Positions 17,080 to 27,200 of a stretch of 51,990 bases of DNA are shown one piece after another; the stretch's first letter is position 1, and each line of letters begins with the position of its first letter. The stretch spans positions 1 through 51,990 of the forward strand of contig JAVWIB010000003.1 in assembly GCA_036639755.1 (NCBI GenBank), read 5' to 3'. Under the pieces are notes generated by a model. That model did no database searches. It was not told the DNA's origin and worked only from the letters and a program-made list of their open reading frames with translations. Both the position numbers and the translations under genes were made by a program. Source of the stretch: Bacteroidales bacterium (GTDB lineage: Bacteria; Bacteroidota; Bacteroidia; Bacteroidales; UBA932).

Positions 17080-19674
17080 TTATGCGTCTAATTTTACAAT
17101 GGTAATCCCGGAGCCCCCATACTGAATGTCCTCATCCTTGCACGATTCCACCCCCGGTACCGTCCGCAAATATTTGCGGATCTCCTCTTTCAGCACACCG
17201 TTTCCTTTGCCGTGCAGGATTTTTACCTCGTCCATTCCAACCATTAAGGCATCATCAATAAACCGGCTCACAATCTCCATCGCCTCGTTTAATCTCTCCC
17301 CTCTTATATCAATGCTGGGTTTAAAGTTCAGTTTTCTCTCCGATAATCCGGCCGAGTGATTGCTCATTTGTTTGGGCTGGCTTTTTGCCACCTCTGTAAA
17401 CTCTTTGTTGGAAATTTTCACCACGCTATCTTTGGTAACTTTGCTTATAATGCTCCCAATGGAGATATTAATCCAATTGCCCCCCATTTGCATCACCTCC
17501 CCAATAAGATCTCGCTCTTTCAGGCGCACTTTATCTCCCGGTTGCAGAGGTTTATCCTGTTGCTTTGCGGCATTTTGATTTCCGGTATTTTCCGGCTTTT
17601 TATTCTCATCTAGCCCTCTACTCTCCATATTGCCTGAGCCGAGTCCCCTTTCTTCTGCTGCTCCGGAGTGGTTCTCTTTTCCGGTCTCCCGTTCTGTTTC
17701 CCGCTGCTTGCGCTCCTCTTTTCGTTTTTTACGTTCCAGAAGCTGTGCCATTTTATCGGCAATTTTTTTATCCTGCTCGCTTTGCTGATCTTGCTTGAGT
17801 TGCTGGTTAAAATCTTCCAACTCCTTGCGGATCACTTTAGTACGTTCCTTCTCTGCCTGTGATTCCTTAATGGCCTTTATGGTGGCTTCAACTCTTTTAT
17901 TTGCCTGATTTATAATTTGTTCTGCCTCTTTTTTTGCATCCTGTAAAATCTGTTTCTTAACTGCCTGAATATCGGTGAGCTCTTTTTGATACTTTTCGGT
18001 AATATTCTCCAGCGTTTTATCGGTGTTTTTAATTCTGGCCAGCTTCTCGTCCAGTGCGCGCCGGTTGCGGGAAATTTTCCGCAGTTGCCGCTCCAGATCC
18101 ACAAAATTTGTACCCGCCCGCTCCTCTGCCTGCTTAATAATATTCTCAGGCAAGCCAATCTTACGGGCCAGTTCAAAGGCAAACGAATTGCCCGGCAGCC
18201 CAACCTCCAGTTTATAAAGGGGCTGAATCTTAGCCACATCAAACATCATGGCTCCGTTTATGGTTCCCTTGCTGTTATTGGCGTAATATTTTAAGTTGGT
18301 ATAGTGAGTGGTAATAACTCCAAAAATACCGCGCAATTCCATTTCAGATAAAATAGTCTCAGCAATGGCCCCGCCGGCAGTAGGTTCGGTTCCGGTTCCA
18401 AACTCATCAATCAGCACCAGACTCATCTTGTTTGCCTTTAGCAGCAGATTTTTCATGTTAGTAAGATGAGAGCTATAGGTGCTCAGGTCATTTTCAATAG
18501 ATTGTTCATCTCCAATATCAATAAAGATCTCTTCAAAAATTCTAAATTCAGATACCTCCGATGCGGGAATCAACATCCCCCACTGGAACATGTATTGCAA
18601 CATCCCCACCGTCTTTAGGCAGACCGATTTTCCTCCGGCATTTGGCCCCGATATTACCAGAATATGTTTATCGGGATTTAACGTAAGGGAAAGCGGCACA
18701 ATCTCTTTTTTCTCTTTTTTAAGAGTTGCCTCCAGAATGGGATGGCGCCCTTTAACCAACTTAAATTCATTTTCATGCGATAATATGGGCTTTCCTGCCT
18801 CCATCTGCATGGCGACCAATGCTTTGGCTCGTATAAAATCAATTTCTCCTATAAATCGGGCTCCGTTTATTAAATCTTGTAAATAAGGACGTAAAAAATC
18901 GGTGAATTCCAATAAGATACGGGCAATCTCACGCTGTTGTGCAAAATAGAGCTCTTTTACCTGATTGTTCAGCTCCACCACCTCTATGGGTTCAATAAAA
19001 ACTGTTTTTCCGGAGGCAGATTCATCGTAAATAAAGCCCGGAAGTTTTCTCTTATTTCCTGCATTTACCGGAATAAGAATTCGTCCGTCCCTTACGGAGA
19101 TTGTAGCATCATCCTCTGCAACTCCCTCTTCCTGAGCTCTTTTTAGAATAGATTGAATCTTTCGGGAGATGGAATTTTCTTTCTCTCGTAAACTTTTTCG
19201 TATCTGATATAGTTCATCCGATGCATGATCCCGTATTTCTCCGTATTTATCCAGAATCAGATCCAGCCGGCGGGTAATCTCCGGAAAAAACATCACCGGC
19301 TCCGCCATGCTGCGCAGATTTTCATAACGACCCTCTTTGCATCCTTTAAAAAAGGCAAGAATCCCTTTTAGATTTTCCAGAAAAGTATACAGTTTATTCA
19401 GATTTTCCAGACTTAGTGATGTGTATTCAATCTCCAGCGGTTTCAGATAATCAATGCTATCTATAAAACCGTTGGAGGGAAAACTACTCTCAAACATGCA
19501 GATGAGCCTCATTTCATCGGTGAGGATGAGTCTTTTTTCTATGGTAGCGGCATGAACCGAGATTTTTTCCGCCCCAACCCTTTCTTTTGCATAATTTGTT
19601 GAGCATCTAAGAGCAACACTCTCCCGTATCTTCTCAAAACCAAGTTTCTGCTCTATTTTATTGTAATTTTCCAT
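17080..19674 (-). CDS. mutS2: Endonuclease MutS2 (MutS domain V ATPase plus C-terminal Smr domain)
   Basis: 864 aa. Walker A ISGPNAGGKS, then LVLIDEFGTGTEP, a long K/E-rich coiled region, and a C-terminal Smr (DIRGERLNEAMEIVSRFIDDA ... ILHGKGNGVLK). Confidence 0.95.
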   Translation of the reverse strand: MENYNKIEQKLGFEKIRESVALRCSTNYAKERVGAEKISVHAATIEKRLILTDEMRLICMFESSFPSNGFIDSIDYLKPLEIEYTSLSLENLNKLYTFLENLKGILAFFKGCKEGRYENLRSMAEPVMFFPEITRRLDLILDKYGEIRDHASDELYQIRKSLREKENSISRKIQSILKRAQEEGVAEDDATISVRDGRILIPVNAGNKRKLPGFIYDESASGKTVFIEPIEVVELNNQVKELYFAQQREIARILLEFTDFLRPYLQDLINGARFIGEIDFIRAKALVAMQMEAGKPILSHENEFKLVKGRHPILEATLKKEKKEIVPLSLTLNPDKHILVISGPNAGGKSVCLKTVGMLQYMFQWGMLIPASEVSEFRIFEEIFIDIGDEQSIENDLSTYSSHLTNMKNLLLKANKMSLVLIDEFGTGTEPTAGGAIAETILSEMELRGIFGVITTHYTNLKYYANNSKGTINGAMMFDVAKIQPLYKLEVGLPGNSFAFELARKIGLPENIIKQAEERAGTNFVDLERQLRKISRNRRALDEKLARIKNTDKTLENITEKYQKELTDIQAVKKQILQDAKKEAEQIINQANKRVEATIKAIKESQAEKERTKVIRKELEDFNQQLKQDQQSEQDKKIADKMAQLLERKKRKEERKQRETERETGKENHSGAAEERGLGSGNMESRGLDENKKPENTGNQNAAKQQDKPLQPGDKVRLKERDLIGEVMQMGGNWINISIGSIISKVTKDSVVKISNKEFTEVAKSQPKQMSNHSAGLSERKLNFKPSIDIRGERLNEAMEIVSRFIDDALMVGMDEVKILHGKGNGVLKEEIRKYLRTVPGVESCKDEDIQYGGSGITIVKLDA

Positions 19675-19706
19675 TTATTTTTCCGTAAAAACTCTGTAGT
19701 ATTGCG

Positions 19707-19714
19707 CAAAGTTA
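19707..19714 (-). promoter_or_regulatory. Candidate -7 box (TAACTTTG on minus strand) for mutS2
   Basis: Plus strand reads caaagtta, about 33 nt upstream of the minus-strand ATG at 19674. Confidence 0.4.
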
Positions 19715-19749
19715 GAAAAAAGAGTACATTCGCATGCAATTTTATTTTT

Positions 19750-20421
19750 ATGACTTTACCTGTAGGCATTACCCTGTATATCTTATTCATTATTCTGGCA
19801 TATCTTATAGGGTCGGTTTCCAGTTCTATTATTCTGGGCAAACTCATCTATGGGATAGATGTGCGGGAGTTTGGCAGCAAAAATCCGGGCGCAAACAATA
19901 CGCAGCGGGTACTTGGATGGAAAATGGGATTGCTGGTGCTGGGTTTCGATATTCTTAAAGGGGTGGCTGCGGTAAGTCTCGTCTTCTTTCTTCCGTTCCG
20001 TCAAGAAACAAATAGCTTTGTAGGAACCCAGATTGTATTCGGGCTTTCTGCTATTCTCGGACATATTTTCCCGATTTATCACAATTTCAGAGGAGGTAAA
20101 GGGGTGGCAACCATGTGCGGAGTTCTTTTGGCAATCCATCCGTTCTGTGTCCTTATCTGCTCGGCTATCTTTTTTACAATGCTGTTTATAACGCATTACG
20201 TATCGGTGAGCGTCATTACCGCCGTTACCTGTTTTCCGTTTTTGATAAACTCTCTTTTTGCCCTCTGGATTACGCCTGAGGAGACTCTTACCTTAAAAAT
20301 ATTCAGCATTGTAGCAGGCGTAACAATTTGGCTTACACATCTTAGTAATCTTAAACGACTTTGGCACGGTACGGAGGAAAAGTTTGTAATTAAGAAACCA
20401 AAAGAGTCTTCAGAAAAATAA
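19750..20421 (+). CDS. plsY: Glycerol-3-phosphate acyltransferase PlsY
   Basis: ATG at 19750 (MTLPVGITLYILF...). The GSKNPGANN motif corresponds to the PlsY GSGNPGATN motif, and FRGGKGVAT is present. Multi-TM protein of about 223 aa. Confidence 0.9.
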   Translation: MTLPVGITLYILFIILAYLIGSVSSSIILGKLIYGIDVREFGSKNPGANNTQRVLGWKMGLLVLGFDILKGVAAVSLVFFLPFRQETNSFVGTQIVFGLSAILGHIFPIYHNFRGGKGVATMCGVLLAIHPFCVLICSAIFFTMLFITHYVSVSVITAVTCFPFLINSLFALWITPEETLTLKIFSIVAGVTIWLTHLSNLKRLWHGTEEKFVIKKPKESSEK

Positions 20422-20467
20422 AAAATATCCCCTCCAACAAATTCATTGATAAATCTAAACAGTTTTG

Positions 20468-20475
20468 TACTTTTG
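20468..20475 (+). promoter_or_regulatory. Candidate -7 box (TACTTTTG) for cdaA
   Basis: Matches TAnnTTTG, about 35 nt upstream of the ATG at 20510 and inside the track ORF N-terminal extension. Confidence 0.45.
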
Positions 20476-20509
20476 TGTAAATTTATTGCACATTAAACAG
20501 ATTCTTACT

Positions 20510-21292
20510 ATGTTCGGCTTTATAAACATCCAACTTATAGATATTATAGATATTCTGCTTGTCGGGCTTATTATTTTTCAGATATACAAGCTGATACGCG
20601 GAACGGCGGCAATCAATATTTTCTTTGGAATTATTTTGCTTTATATTGCGTGGATTGTTGTTACGGCATTTAATATGAATCTGTTATCATCTATCATGGG
20701 GCAGGTTCTTGGAGTGGGAGTGATTGCTCTTATCATCCTTTTTCAACAAGAAATCAGACGTTTTTTGCTCCATTTGGGGTCTCGATATCTAAACGGTAAA
20801 GGGAGTAGACGGCTCGCAAATTCTTTTTTTGGTACCCGTGGGGGCGGCATTCCTCTGGAATCGCTTGATGAACTTACCCAGGCCTGCCGTAAAATGGGTG
20901 AAACAAAAACCGGTGCCCTTATTGTTTTGGCGCACACCTCATCTCTGGAATTTGTTATTGAGACGGGCGATCGAATAGATGCCAACATCAACCGCCGTCT
21001 TATAGAGAATCTTTTCTTTAAAAATTCCCCTCTGCACGATGGAGCTATGGTCATTGCCGGCAACCGCATTACCGCCGCCCGTTGTACCCTTCCAATCTCC
21101 GAAAATCCAAACATCCCGGCACATTACGGCATGCGCCATCGTGCCGCCACCGGCCTTTCCGAGGAAACCGATGCCACCGTTATTGTTGTTTCCGAAGAAA
21201 CCGGCATTATCTCTTATGTAAAAGACGGAGAAATCAAACCCATGAACTCCATTACCGAACTGCGGCTTGCTATAGAGAGTAGTTATAAATAG
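20510..21292 (+). CDS. cdaA: Diadenylate cyclase CdaA (DisA_N domain, membrane-anchored)
   Basis: Three N-terminal TM helices followed by DAC-domain motifs: TGALIVL, LHDGAMVI, RHRAATGLSEETDA and IVVSEETGIIS. Confidence 0.92.
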   Translation: MFGFINIQLIDIIDILLVGLIIFQIYKLIRGTAAINIFFGIILLYIAWIVVTAFNMNLLSSIMGQVLGVGVIALIILFQQEIRRFLLHLGSRYLNGKGSRRLANSFFGTRGGGIPLESLDELTQACRKMGETKTGALIVLAHTSSLEFVIETGDRIDANINRRLIENLFFKNSPLHDGAMVIAGNRITAARCTLPISENPNIPAHYGMRHRAATGLSEETDATVIVVSEETGIISYVKDGEIKPMNSITELRLAIESSYK

Positions 21293-21298
21293 TGCCAT

Positions 21299-22132
21299 TC
21301 ACTCCACATAAGCCAGCGTTGCAATACTAATTTTGCAATTAATATGTTTATGTAGGATGTTACAGCACGCCTCCAGCGTAGCACCGGTGGTAAGTACATC
21401 ATCTATAAGGAGAATGTGCGGGGTATGGCTACCATGTTCTGTTTGTATTTTCTCTGTCTGTATTTTCCGGAGCCATCGCAGATTTATTTCAAATGCGTCA
21501 GCTACATTATGCCATCGGTGAATCCTGTCTTTCTGAGTTTGGGTGCGGGTAAAATGGGATCGTTTAAGGAGATTGGGAATAATTTGCGGAATAGAATACT
21601 CTGCGGCAATCCCTTTTAAAATTCCTTTGGCTATAATTTCCGATTGATTGTATCCCCTTTTCCATTTTTTTCGAAAATGAAGCGGAACCGGTACAATAAA
21701 ATCAATAGGGGTTGAATTGCAAAATGAAACTTTGTTCGATTCTGATTTACCGTGTTTTGCAAAATTGTAATTTGTAGCTATTTTTTTTCCAAGCATTTGC
21801 CCCAGATAGATTCCAATCCCTATATTTGCCTTATATTTAAGTGAATGGATAGGTTTTCGATAATCATTTACATAAAAATAGAGTGAATAAACACGTTCCA
21901 CTTGTGTCCGCCCCCAGAAAACAACTTCTGCCGGATTCTCTTTTACATTCCAGAAATAGGTGAGGGGAAGTCCCGCATAGCACTCTAAACAAAGATGCTG
22001 CTCATGAATAAGCAATTCCCTGCCACATACGGCACAACTACGCGGTAAAAATAAATTCCACAGTAGCCTGCACCACTCTTTTATCAAATTAAAATTTTTG
22101 CACATAACCCCATTAAGGCAATCATGCGCCAT
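21299..22132 (-). CDS. comF: ComF-family phosphoribosyltransferase-like protein
   Basis: N-terminal zinc-finger-like CAVCGREL...CLEC and a C-terminal PRTase motif ILLIDDVLTTGATLEA. Confidence 0.85.
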   Translation of the reverse strand: MAHDCLNGVMCKNFNLIKEWCRLLWNLFLPRSCAVCGRELLIHEQHLCLECYAGLPLTYFWNVKENPAEVVFWGRTQVERVYSLYFYVNDYRKPIHSLKYKANIGIGIYLGQMLGKKIATNYNFAKHGKSESNKVSFCNSTPIDFIVPVPLHFRKKWKRGYNQSEIIAKGILKGIAAEYSIPQIIPNLLKRSHFTRTQTQKDRIHRWHNVADAFEINLRWLRKIQTEKIQTEHGSHTPHILLIDDVLTTGATLEACCNILHKHINCKISIATLAYVE

Positions 22133-22149
22133 TCTTATTTAGTCAATTG

Positions 22150-22157
22150 CAAATGTA
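22150..22157 (-). promoter_or_regulatory. Candidate -7 box (TACATTTG on minus strand) for comF
   Basis: Plus strand reads caaatgta, 18 nt upstream of the minus-strand ATG at 22132. Confidence 0.4.
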
Positions 22158-22241
22158 AGAATAAAAAAACAAAACCGGTTGCTGCTGCATGTCCTTTACC
22201 AATAAGATGCGGCAACAGTTTGCCGGATATGGATATTTGCG

Positions 22242-22249
22242 TAAATTTG
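22242..22249 (+). promoter_or_regulatory. Candidate -7 box (TAAATTTG) for the yhbP-like gene
   Basis: Matches TAnnTTTG. Its final G is only 6 nt before the ATG at 22255, which implies a leaderless or near-leaderless mRNA. Confidence 0.45.
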
Positions 22250-22254
22250 TCGGG

Positions 22255-22698
22255 ATGGAACAACGTATTATAGAATTTATAGGGGAGCATCATCTGCTCT
22301 CTTTTGCGGCGGCAACGGGCCATGATATCTGGTGTGCCAGTGCATTTTATGCCTTTGATGAAAAAATTCCCGCCTTTATCATTACTTCCGATGCGCACAC
22401 ACGGCACATAAAACTCGCTCTGGAAAATCTGCATCCCGATAACTCTTCCCAAGCCGTTGTTGCCGGCACCATTGCTCTTGAAACGGAGAAAATTGGGATG
22501 ATCCGGGGACTTCAATTTAAAGCAATCCTAAAAAAAGCCGATAACTCATTGTTTAACGAGCACCGGCTTCTTTATCTGAAACGTTTTCCTTATGCGGTTC
22601 TAAAAGGGGGAGACTTATGGATTCTGGAACTCACTGAACTCAAATTTACGGATAATCGTTTGGGCTTTGGTACCAAACTCCATTGGAAAAATGGCTAA
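22255..22698 (+). CDS. YhbP-like (UPF0306) pyridoxamine-5'-phosphate-oxidase-fold protein
   Basis: From the ATG at 22255: MEQRIIEFIGEHHLLSFAA...WCASAFYAFDE...IRGLQFKA...LKRFPYA...ELKFTDNRLGFGTKLHW. As I remember it, this resembles E. coli YhbP (WCANAFYLFD, IRGVQFKG, IKFTDNTLGFGKK). Confidence 0.7.
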   Translation: MEQRIIEFIGEHHLLSFAAATGHDIWCASAFYAFDEKIPAFIITSDAHTRHIKLALENLHPDNSSQAVVAGTIALETEKIGMIRGLQFKAILKKADNSLFNEHRLLYLKRFPYAVLKGGDLWILELTELKFTDNRLGFGTKLHWKNG

Positions 22699-22744
22699 AA
22701 AGTATCCAAACTGCTGCTTTTCTTCTTAACCGCAGAGCATTGTT

Positions 22745-23995
22745 TTATAGTTCGAATGCTTGTTTGACGGTTTCTACGGCATCTAGTTTTTCCCAGCCAA
22801 AGAATTGAACCTCTTTTTTTACGGGCCGGCCGTTTACCATGACTTCAATTTCCTTGGTGTATGGGTCGCGGCCAAAGTGGCCGTAAGAGGCGGTTTCCTC
22901 AAAAATAGGGTTGGTAAGGCCAAACTTGCTGATGATTTTTGCAGGGCGGAGATCAAAAAGTTCCCCTATCTTCTGAGCAATTTCTCCGTCGTGGAGCTTA
23001 ACCTGAGACGTGCCGCGGGTGTTTACAAAAATACTTACCGGTTTGGCAACTCCAATGGCGTAGGCGAGCTGCACAAGAATCTCTTTTGCGACCCCGGCGG
23101 CTACAAGATTTTTGGCAATGTAACGGGCTGCATAAGCTGCCGAACGGTCTACTTTGCTGGAATCTTTTCCGGAGAAAGCACCGCCGCCGTGGGCACCTCT
23201 TCCGCCATAGGTATCAACAATAATTTTACGGCCGGTAAGTCCGGTATCTCCGTGAGGCCCTCCAATTACAAACTTTCCGGTTGGGTTCACATGCAGAATG
23301 GAATCACCTCTAAATAACTTTCGGGTTTCAACAGGCAATCTCTCCAGCATTCTTGGAAGTAAGATGTTTTTAACATCGCTTTTAATCCGTTGCTGCATGG
23401 CGGCATCATGATCAAACTCGTCGTGTTGGGTAGAGATAACAATGGTGTGTACCCGCAATGGCTGGTCGTCATCATTATACTCAATTGTAAACTGAGACTT
23501 TGCATCGGGTCTCAGATAAGGCATAAGGGTGGTGTTTTTTCGGATATTTGCAAGCTCCAGCAGGGCTACATGCGATAATAAAAGGGGAAGAGGCATATAT
23601 TCTGCGGTATCTGTGCAGGCATATCCGAACATCATCCCCTGATCTCCCGCTCCCTGCTCGTCTTTCTGCGCAACAACAACTCCACGATTAATATCGGGAG
23701 ACTGCTCGTGCAAAGCAGATAAAATGCCGCAGGAGTTCCCGTCAAACATATATTCAGCCTTGGTGTATCCTATTCTGTTAATAACTTTTCTGGCAATTTG
23801 CTGGATATCTACATAAGCCTCCGAGCGTACCTCACCTCCAATCACAACCAAACCTGTGCTCACAAAGGTTTCGCAGGCAACTTTACTCTCCGCATCCTGG
23901 CGGAGGAATTCGTCCAAAACGGCATCTGAAATCTGGTCGGCAACTTTATCGGGATGCCCTTCCGATACCGACTCCGATGTAAATAAATAAGACAT
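22745..23995 (-). CDS. metK: S-adenosylmethionine synthetase
   Basis: 416 aa. [40 protein letters not shown] and GGGAFSGKD are canonical MetK motifs. Confidence 0.97.
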   Translation of the reverse strand: MSYLFTSESVSEGHPDKVADQISDAVLDEFLRQDAESKVACETFVSTGLVVIGGEVRSEAYVDIQQIARKVINRIGYTKAEYMFDGNSCGILSALHEQSPDINRGVVVAQKDEQGAGDQGMMFGYACTDTAEYMPLPLLLSHVALLELANIRKNTTLMPYLRPDAKSQFTIEYNDDDQPLRVHTIVISTQHDEFDHDAAMQQRIKSDVKNILLPRMLERLPVETRKLFRGDSILHVNPTGKFVIGGPHGDTGLTGRKIIVDTYGGRGAHGGGAFSGKDSSKVDRSAAYAARYIAKNLVAAGVAKEILVQLAYAIGVAKPVSIFVNTRGTSQVKLHDGEIAQKIGELFDLRPAKIISKFGLTNPIFEETASYGHFGRDPYTKEIEVMVNGRPVKKEVQFFGWEKLDAVETVKQAFEL

Positions 23996-24099
23996 AATAA
24001 ATAAATTAAACTAAATAAAAATTATTTAGTGTAAATTTGACTTGTGCACAGAACCAATCTTTTGATAGAATAAACAATGTCCCGATAATGGGCACGATA

Positions 24100-24160
24100 C
24101 ATAAAAGATCGTTTTAGCATTTTTTAATGTGGTTGCAAGCAGTCAAATCTTTCCACTATT
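24100..24160 (-). promoter_or_regulatory. Candidate SAM-II (SAM_alpha-type) riboswitch in the metK leader
   Basis: The minus-strand RNA reads AAUAGUGGAAAGAUUUGACUGCUUGCAACCACAUUAAAAAAUGCUAAAACGAUCUUUUAU. It contains the blocks I associate with SAM-II: GAUUUG, GCUUGC, a closing helix GUGG/CCAC, an A-run and GCUAAA. UUGC can pair with GC(U)AA as a pseudoknot. It starts right after the predicted TSS of metK. Confidence 0.5.
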
Positions 24161-24169
24161 TTCTAGCCG

Positions 24170-24177
24170 CAAAGATA
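24170..24177 (-). promoter_or_regulatory. Candidate -7 box (TATCTTTG on minus strand) for metK
   Basis: Plus strand reads caaagata. A minus-strand TTTG (plus caaa at 24197-24200) lies 19 nt upstream, as expected for a -33 element. The implied leader is about 165 nt. Confidence 0.5.
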
Positions 24178-24250
24178 ATTTGTTTTTTTTAGTTAACAAA
24201 AAGTTTACAAAAAAATAAGCTAAAAATGTGTGAAGTAGCATAAAATTGCC

Positions 24251-24258
24251 TACTTTTG
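24251..24258 (+). promoter_or_regulatory. Candidate -7 box (TACTTTTG) for the first TonB-dependent receptor
   Basis: Matches TAnnTTTG, about 38 nt upstream of the ATG at 24296. Confidence 0.5.
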
Positions 24259-24295
24259 CGGCAGAAATTTTAATCTAATTTTATTAATCTATTTT

Positions 24296-27200
24296 ATGAA
24301 ACAAACATTTAAACTATTTGCTTTAACAGTTATGAGTTTAGTGGTAGCCATAGCATCTTATGCGCAGGTTACTACGTCATCTATGAGCGGTAAAGTAGCT
24401 GAGTCCAGTGGCTCTCCTGTAGTGGGTGCGGCGGTTGTTGCAATTCATACCCCTTCAGGTACCCAATATTACTCAATTACGGATAATGCCGGTAACTATA
24501 GAATCCAGAACATGCGTATTGGGGGACCTTATTCAATTGAGGTAACCTTGTTAGGTTTTGGTACAAATAAATTTGAGGGCGGTAATCTTCGTTTGGGAGA
24601 GAACTTCGTTCATAATGTTGTGTTGTCGGAAGAGGCTATCGCACTTAACGAGGTAGTTGTTTCTGCCGGAGTCGTAAATCCGATACTCAACTCTGATAAA
24701 AACGGTACTTCTTTAAATATTAGCGAGAGACAAATAGCTGCTCTCCCTTCTATCAGCAGAAGTATTACAGACTTTACCCGTATGACTCCGCAATCTAACG
24801 GAACTTCATTTGCCGGTAGGGACGGTCGTATGAACACAATCTCCATTGACGGAGCTGCATTTAACAACAACTTTGGTCTAAGCTCCAACGCTATGCCGGG
24901 TGGTTCTGCACAGCCTATTTCATTGGATGCAATTGACCAGGTTTCTGTAAATATTGCTCCGTTTGATATTAGACAATCACAGTTTACAGGTGCTTCTATT
25001 AACGCTGTTACCAAGAGTGGTGATAATACATACAGGGCTTCCGTATATACATACTTAAGACCTAAATCATTTACCGGCGAGAAAGTTGGTGATGCAATTG
25101 TTACAAATGCAAAGGAAAAACAAGCTCAGACTTATGGTGCAAGAGTTGGTGGCCCTATCATTAAGGATAAATTATTCTTCTTTGTAAGTGGTGAATATGA
25201 AAAAGAGACCTCTCCAAGCGGTGCTTGGGAGCCAAGTACCGATGGAAAATCAAATGTAGAGCAAAAAATTTCCCGTACTACCGTTGCCGATCTTAAAACA
25301 ATGTCAGATTTCTTAATGAAGACTTACAACTATGATGCAGGATCTTATCAAAACTTTAGAAACTTTGAATCCAGCAACTACAAAATTTTAGCTAGGGTAG
25401 ACTGGAATATTAGTAGAAATCACAAGTTCACAGTTAGATACAACCAGATGAACAATACAAGTGATAACCTTACAAATGCAAACTCTGCTCCAAATCCAAG
25501 GGGCGATAGCCGTAGTTCTGCACAATCAGTAGCATTTGGTAATTCTTGGTATGGTTTTGAAAACTCGGTAAAAAGTATCACCGGTGAGTTAAATAGTACG
25601 TTCGGAAGCAAGGTGTCTAATAAATTGCTTATCTCTTATACTGCTATTAAAGATACAAGAACCAGCCCAAGTGAAGAGTTCCCTTTTGTAGATATATATA
25701 ATGGCGGAAAACAATATATGTCTTTTGGCTATGAATTATTCTCTTATAATAATGAAGTAAAAAATAACACTTTATCCATCTCTGATAATGTTTCCATTAA
25801 TCTTAACAAACATACTTTAACTGCCGGTATTTCTTATGATTATATGTACTTTAAGAATGCATATATGAGAGAGGCTACAAGTTACTACCGTTATGATTCA
25901 ATGGATGATTTTATGAGCGATAGAACCCCTAACGCATTTGCTGTAACTTATGGCTTTAACGGAGCTGCAGCTCCCGGTGTTGAGCTAGGGTTTGGGCAAG
26001 CTGCTCTTTATGTTCAGGATGAGTGGCAAGTTAATAAAAAATTGAAATTAACCTATGGTATCAGAGCTGAGTTACCTATTTACCATAATAAGGTAGAGGG
26101 GCCTTCTCAATATTCTCATAAATATTATGAGGAAGGAGTTAAAGATGCACAATATGAAAATGTTGCTTGGGATGGTAAATTTGGTGATTATACAATGGAT
26201 TTAGGAAAATGGCCAAAATCAAAATTACAAGTATCTCCTAGAATTGGCTTTAACTGGGATGTGCTAGGTGATAGAAGCATTCAGGTTCGTGGAGGTACAG
26301 GTTTATTTACCGGATTACTTCCATTTGTATGGTTTACCAACCAGCCAAACGGTTCCGGTAGAATTCAGTCTCCCGAAATTATTATTACAGATCAAAAACA
26401 AATTGAGACCTTAAGGAAAAACGGTAAATTATTCAATCCTAATTTCAGAGAAATGATTAGTAGTAATCCTGCCGTGTTTACTCAAACTCCTGGTGTTCTT
26501 CCAAATGGTTCGTCTGTAGCCGAGGTGGATAAAGATTTTAAGATGCCTCAGGTATGGAGAAGTAACATTGCTGTGGATTTTGAATTGCCTTGGAACTTGG
26601 TATTTACTTTAGAATATTTGTACTCGAAAGATGTTAATGCCGTAATGCAGAAAGATGTAAATCTTAAAGAGGCAGATAAGACTTTGGTTGGTGCCGATAA
26701 CAGACCTTACTGGACAAGTAAAAATAATAATTCAGATATTAGAAATGCTATGTTACTTACCAATACAAGCAAAGGATACCAGAATTCTATTACTGCTCAG
26801 TTGACAAAGAACTTTACAAAAGGACTATCCGGTATGGTTGCCTATACCTATACTTCTGCTAAAGATATCTCTTCGAATCCGGGCTCTACTGCAGCTTCTG
26901 CATGGAGTTCAAACACGGTAATTTCCAGCCTTAATAATCCTGAATTAAGTTATTCGAATTTTGCAGTTCCTCATAGAGTGGTTGGTAATATCTCTTATAG
27001 AATAGAGTATGCTAAACACCTGGCTAGTACATTCTCATTATACTATTCGGGAGCCCCTCAAGGTAGATCTACATTTGCTTATTCAAACGATATGAACTAT
27101 GATGGCAATGCTTCCGATCTTATGTATATTCCGGCATCTAAAGATGAGGTGAAGTTTATTGATATGCTAAGTAGTAAGGGAGAGGTACTAATGACAGCTG

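Noticed and set aside
17126-18294. A cluster of plus-strand ORFs (64-102 aa) antisense to mutS2.
   Set aside because: They lie opposite the K/E/R-rich coiled region of MutS2, whose AAR/GAR codons give stop-poor, Phe/Leu/Ser-rich antisense frames. The translations are low-complexity with no motifs.
22135-22515. 126-aa minus-strand ORF overlapping the yhbP-like gene.
   Set aside because: The plus-strand frame has clear YhbP-family similarity and its own promoter box. The antisense ORF has no recognisable features and would collide with the comF promoter.
22805-23317. 170-aa plus-strand ORF antisense to metK. Similar antisense ORFs lie at 41861-42352 (GRE), 9686-10171 (phosphoesterase) and 19783-20196 (plsY).
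   Set aside because: Each lies wholly inside a strongly supported gene on the other strand and has no motifs of its own.
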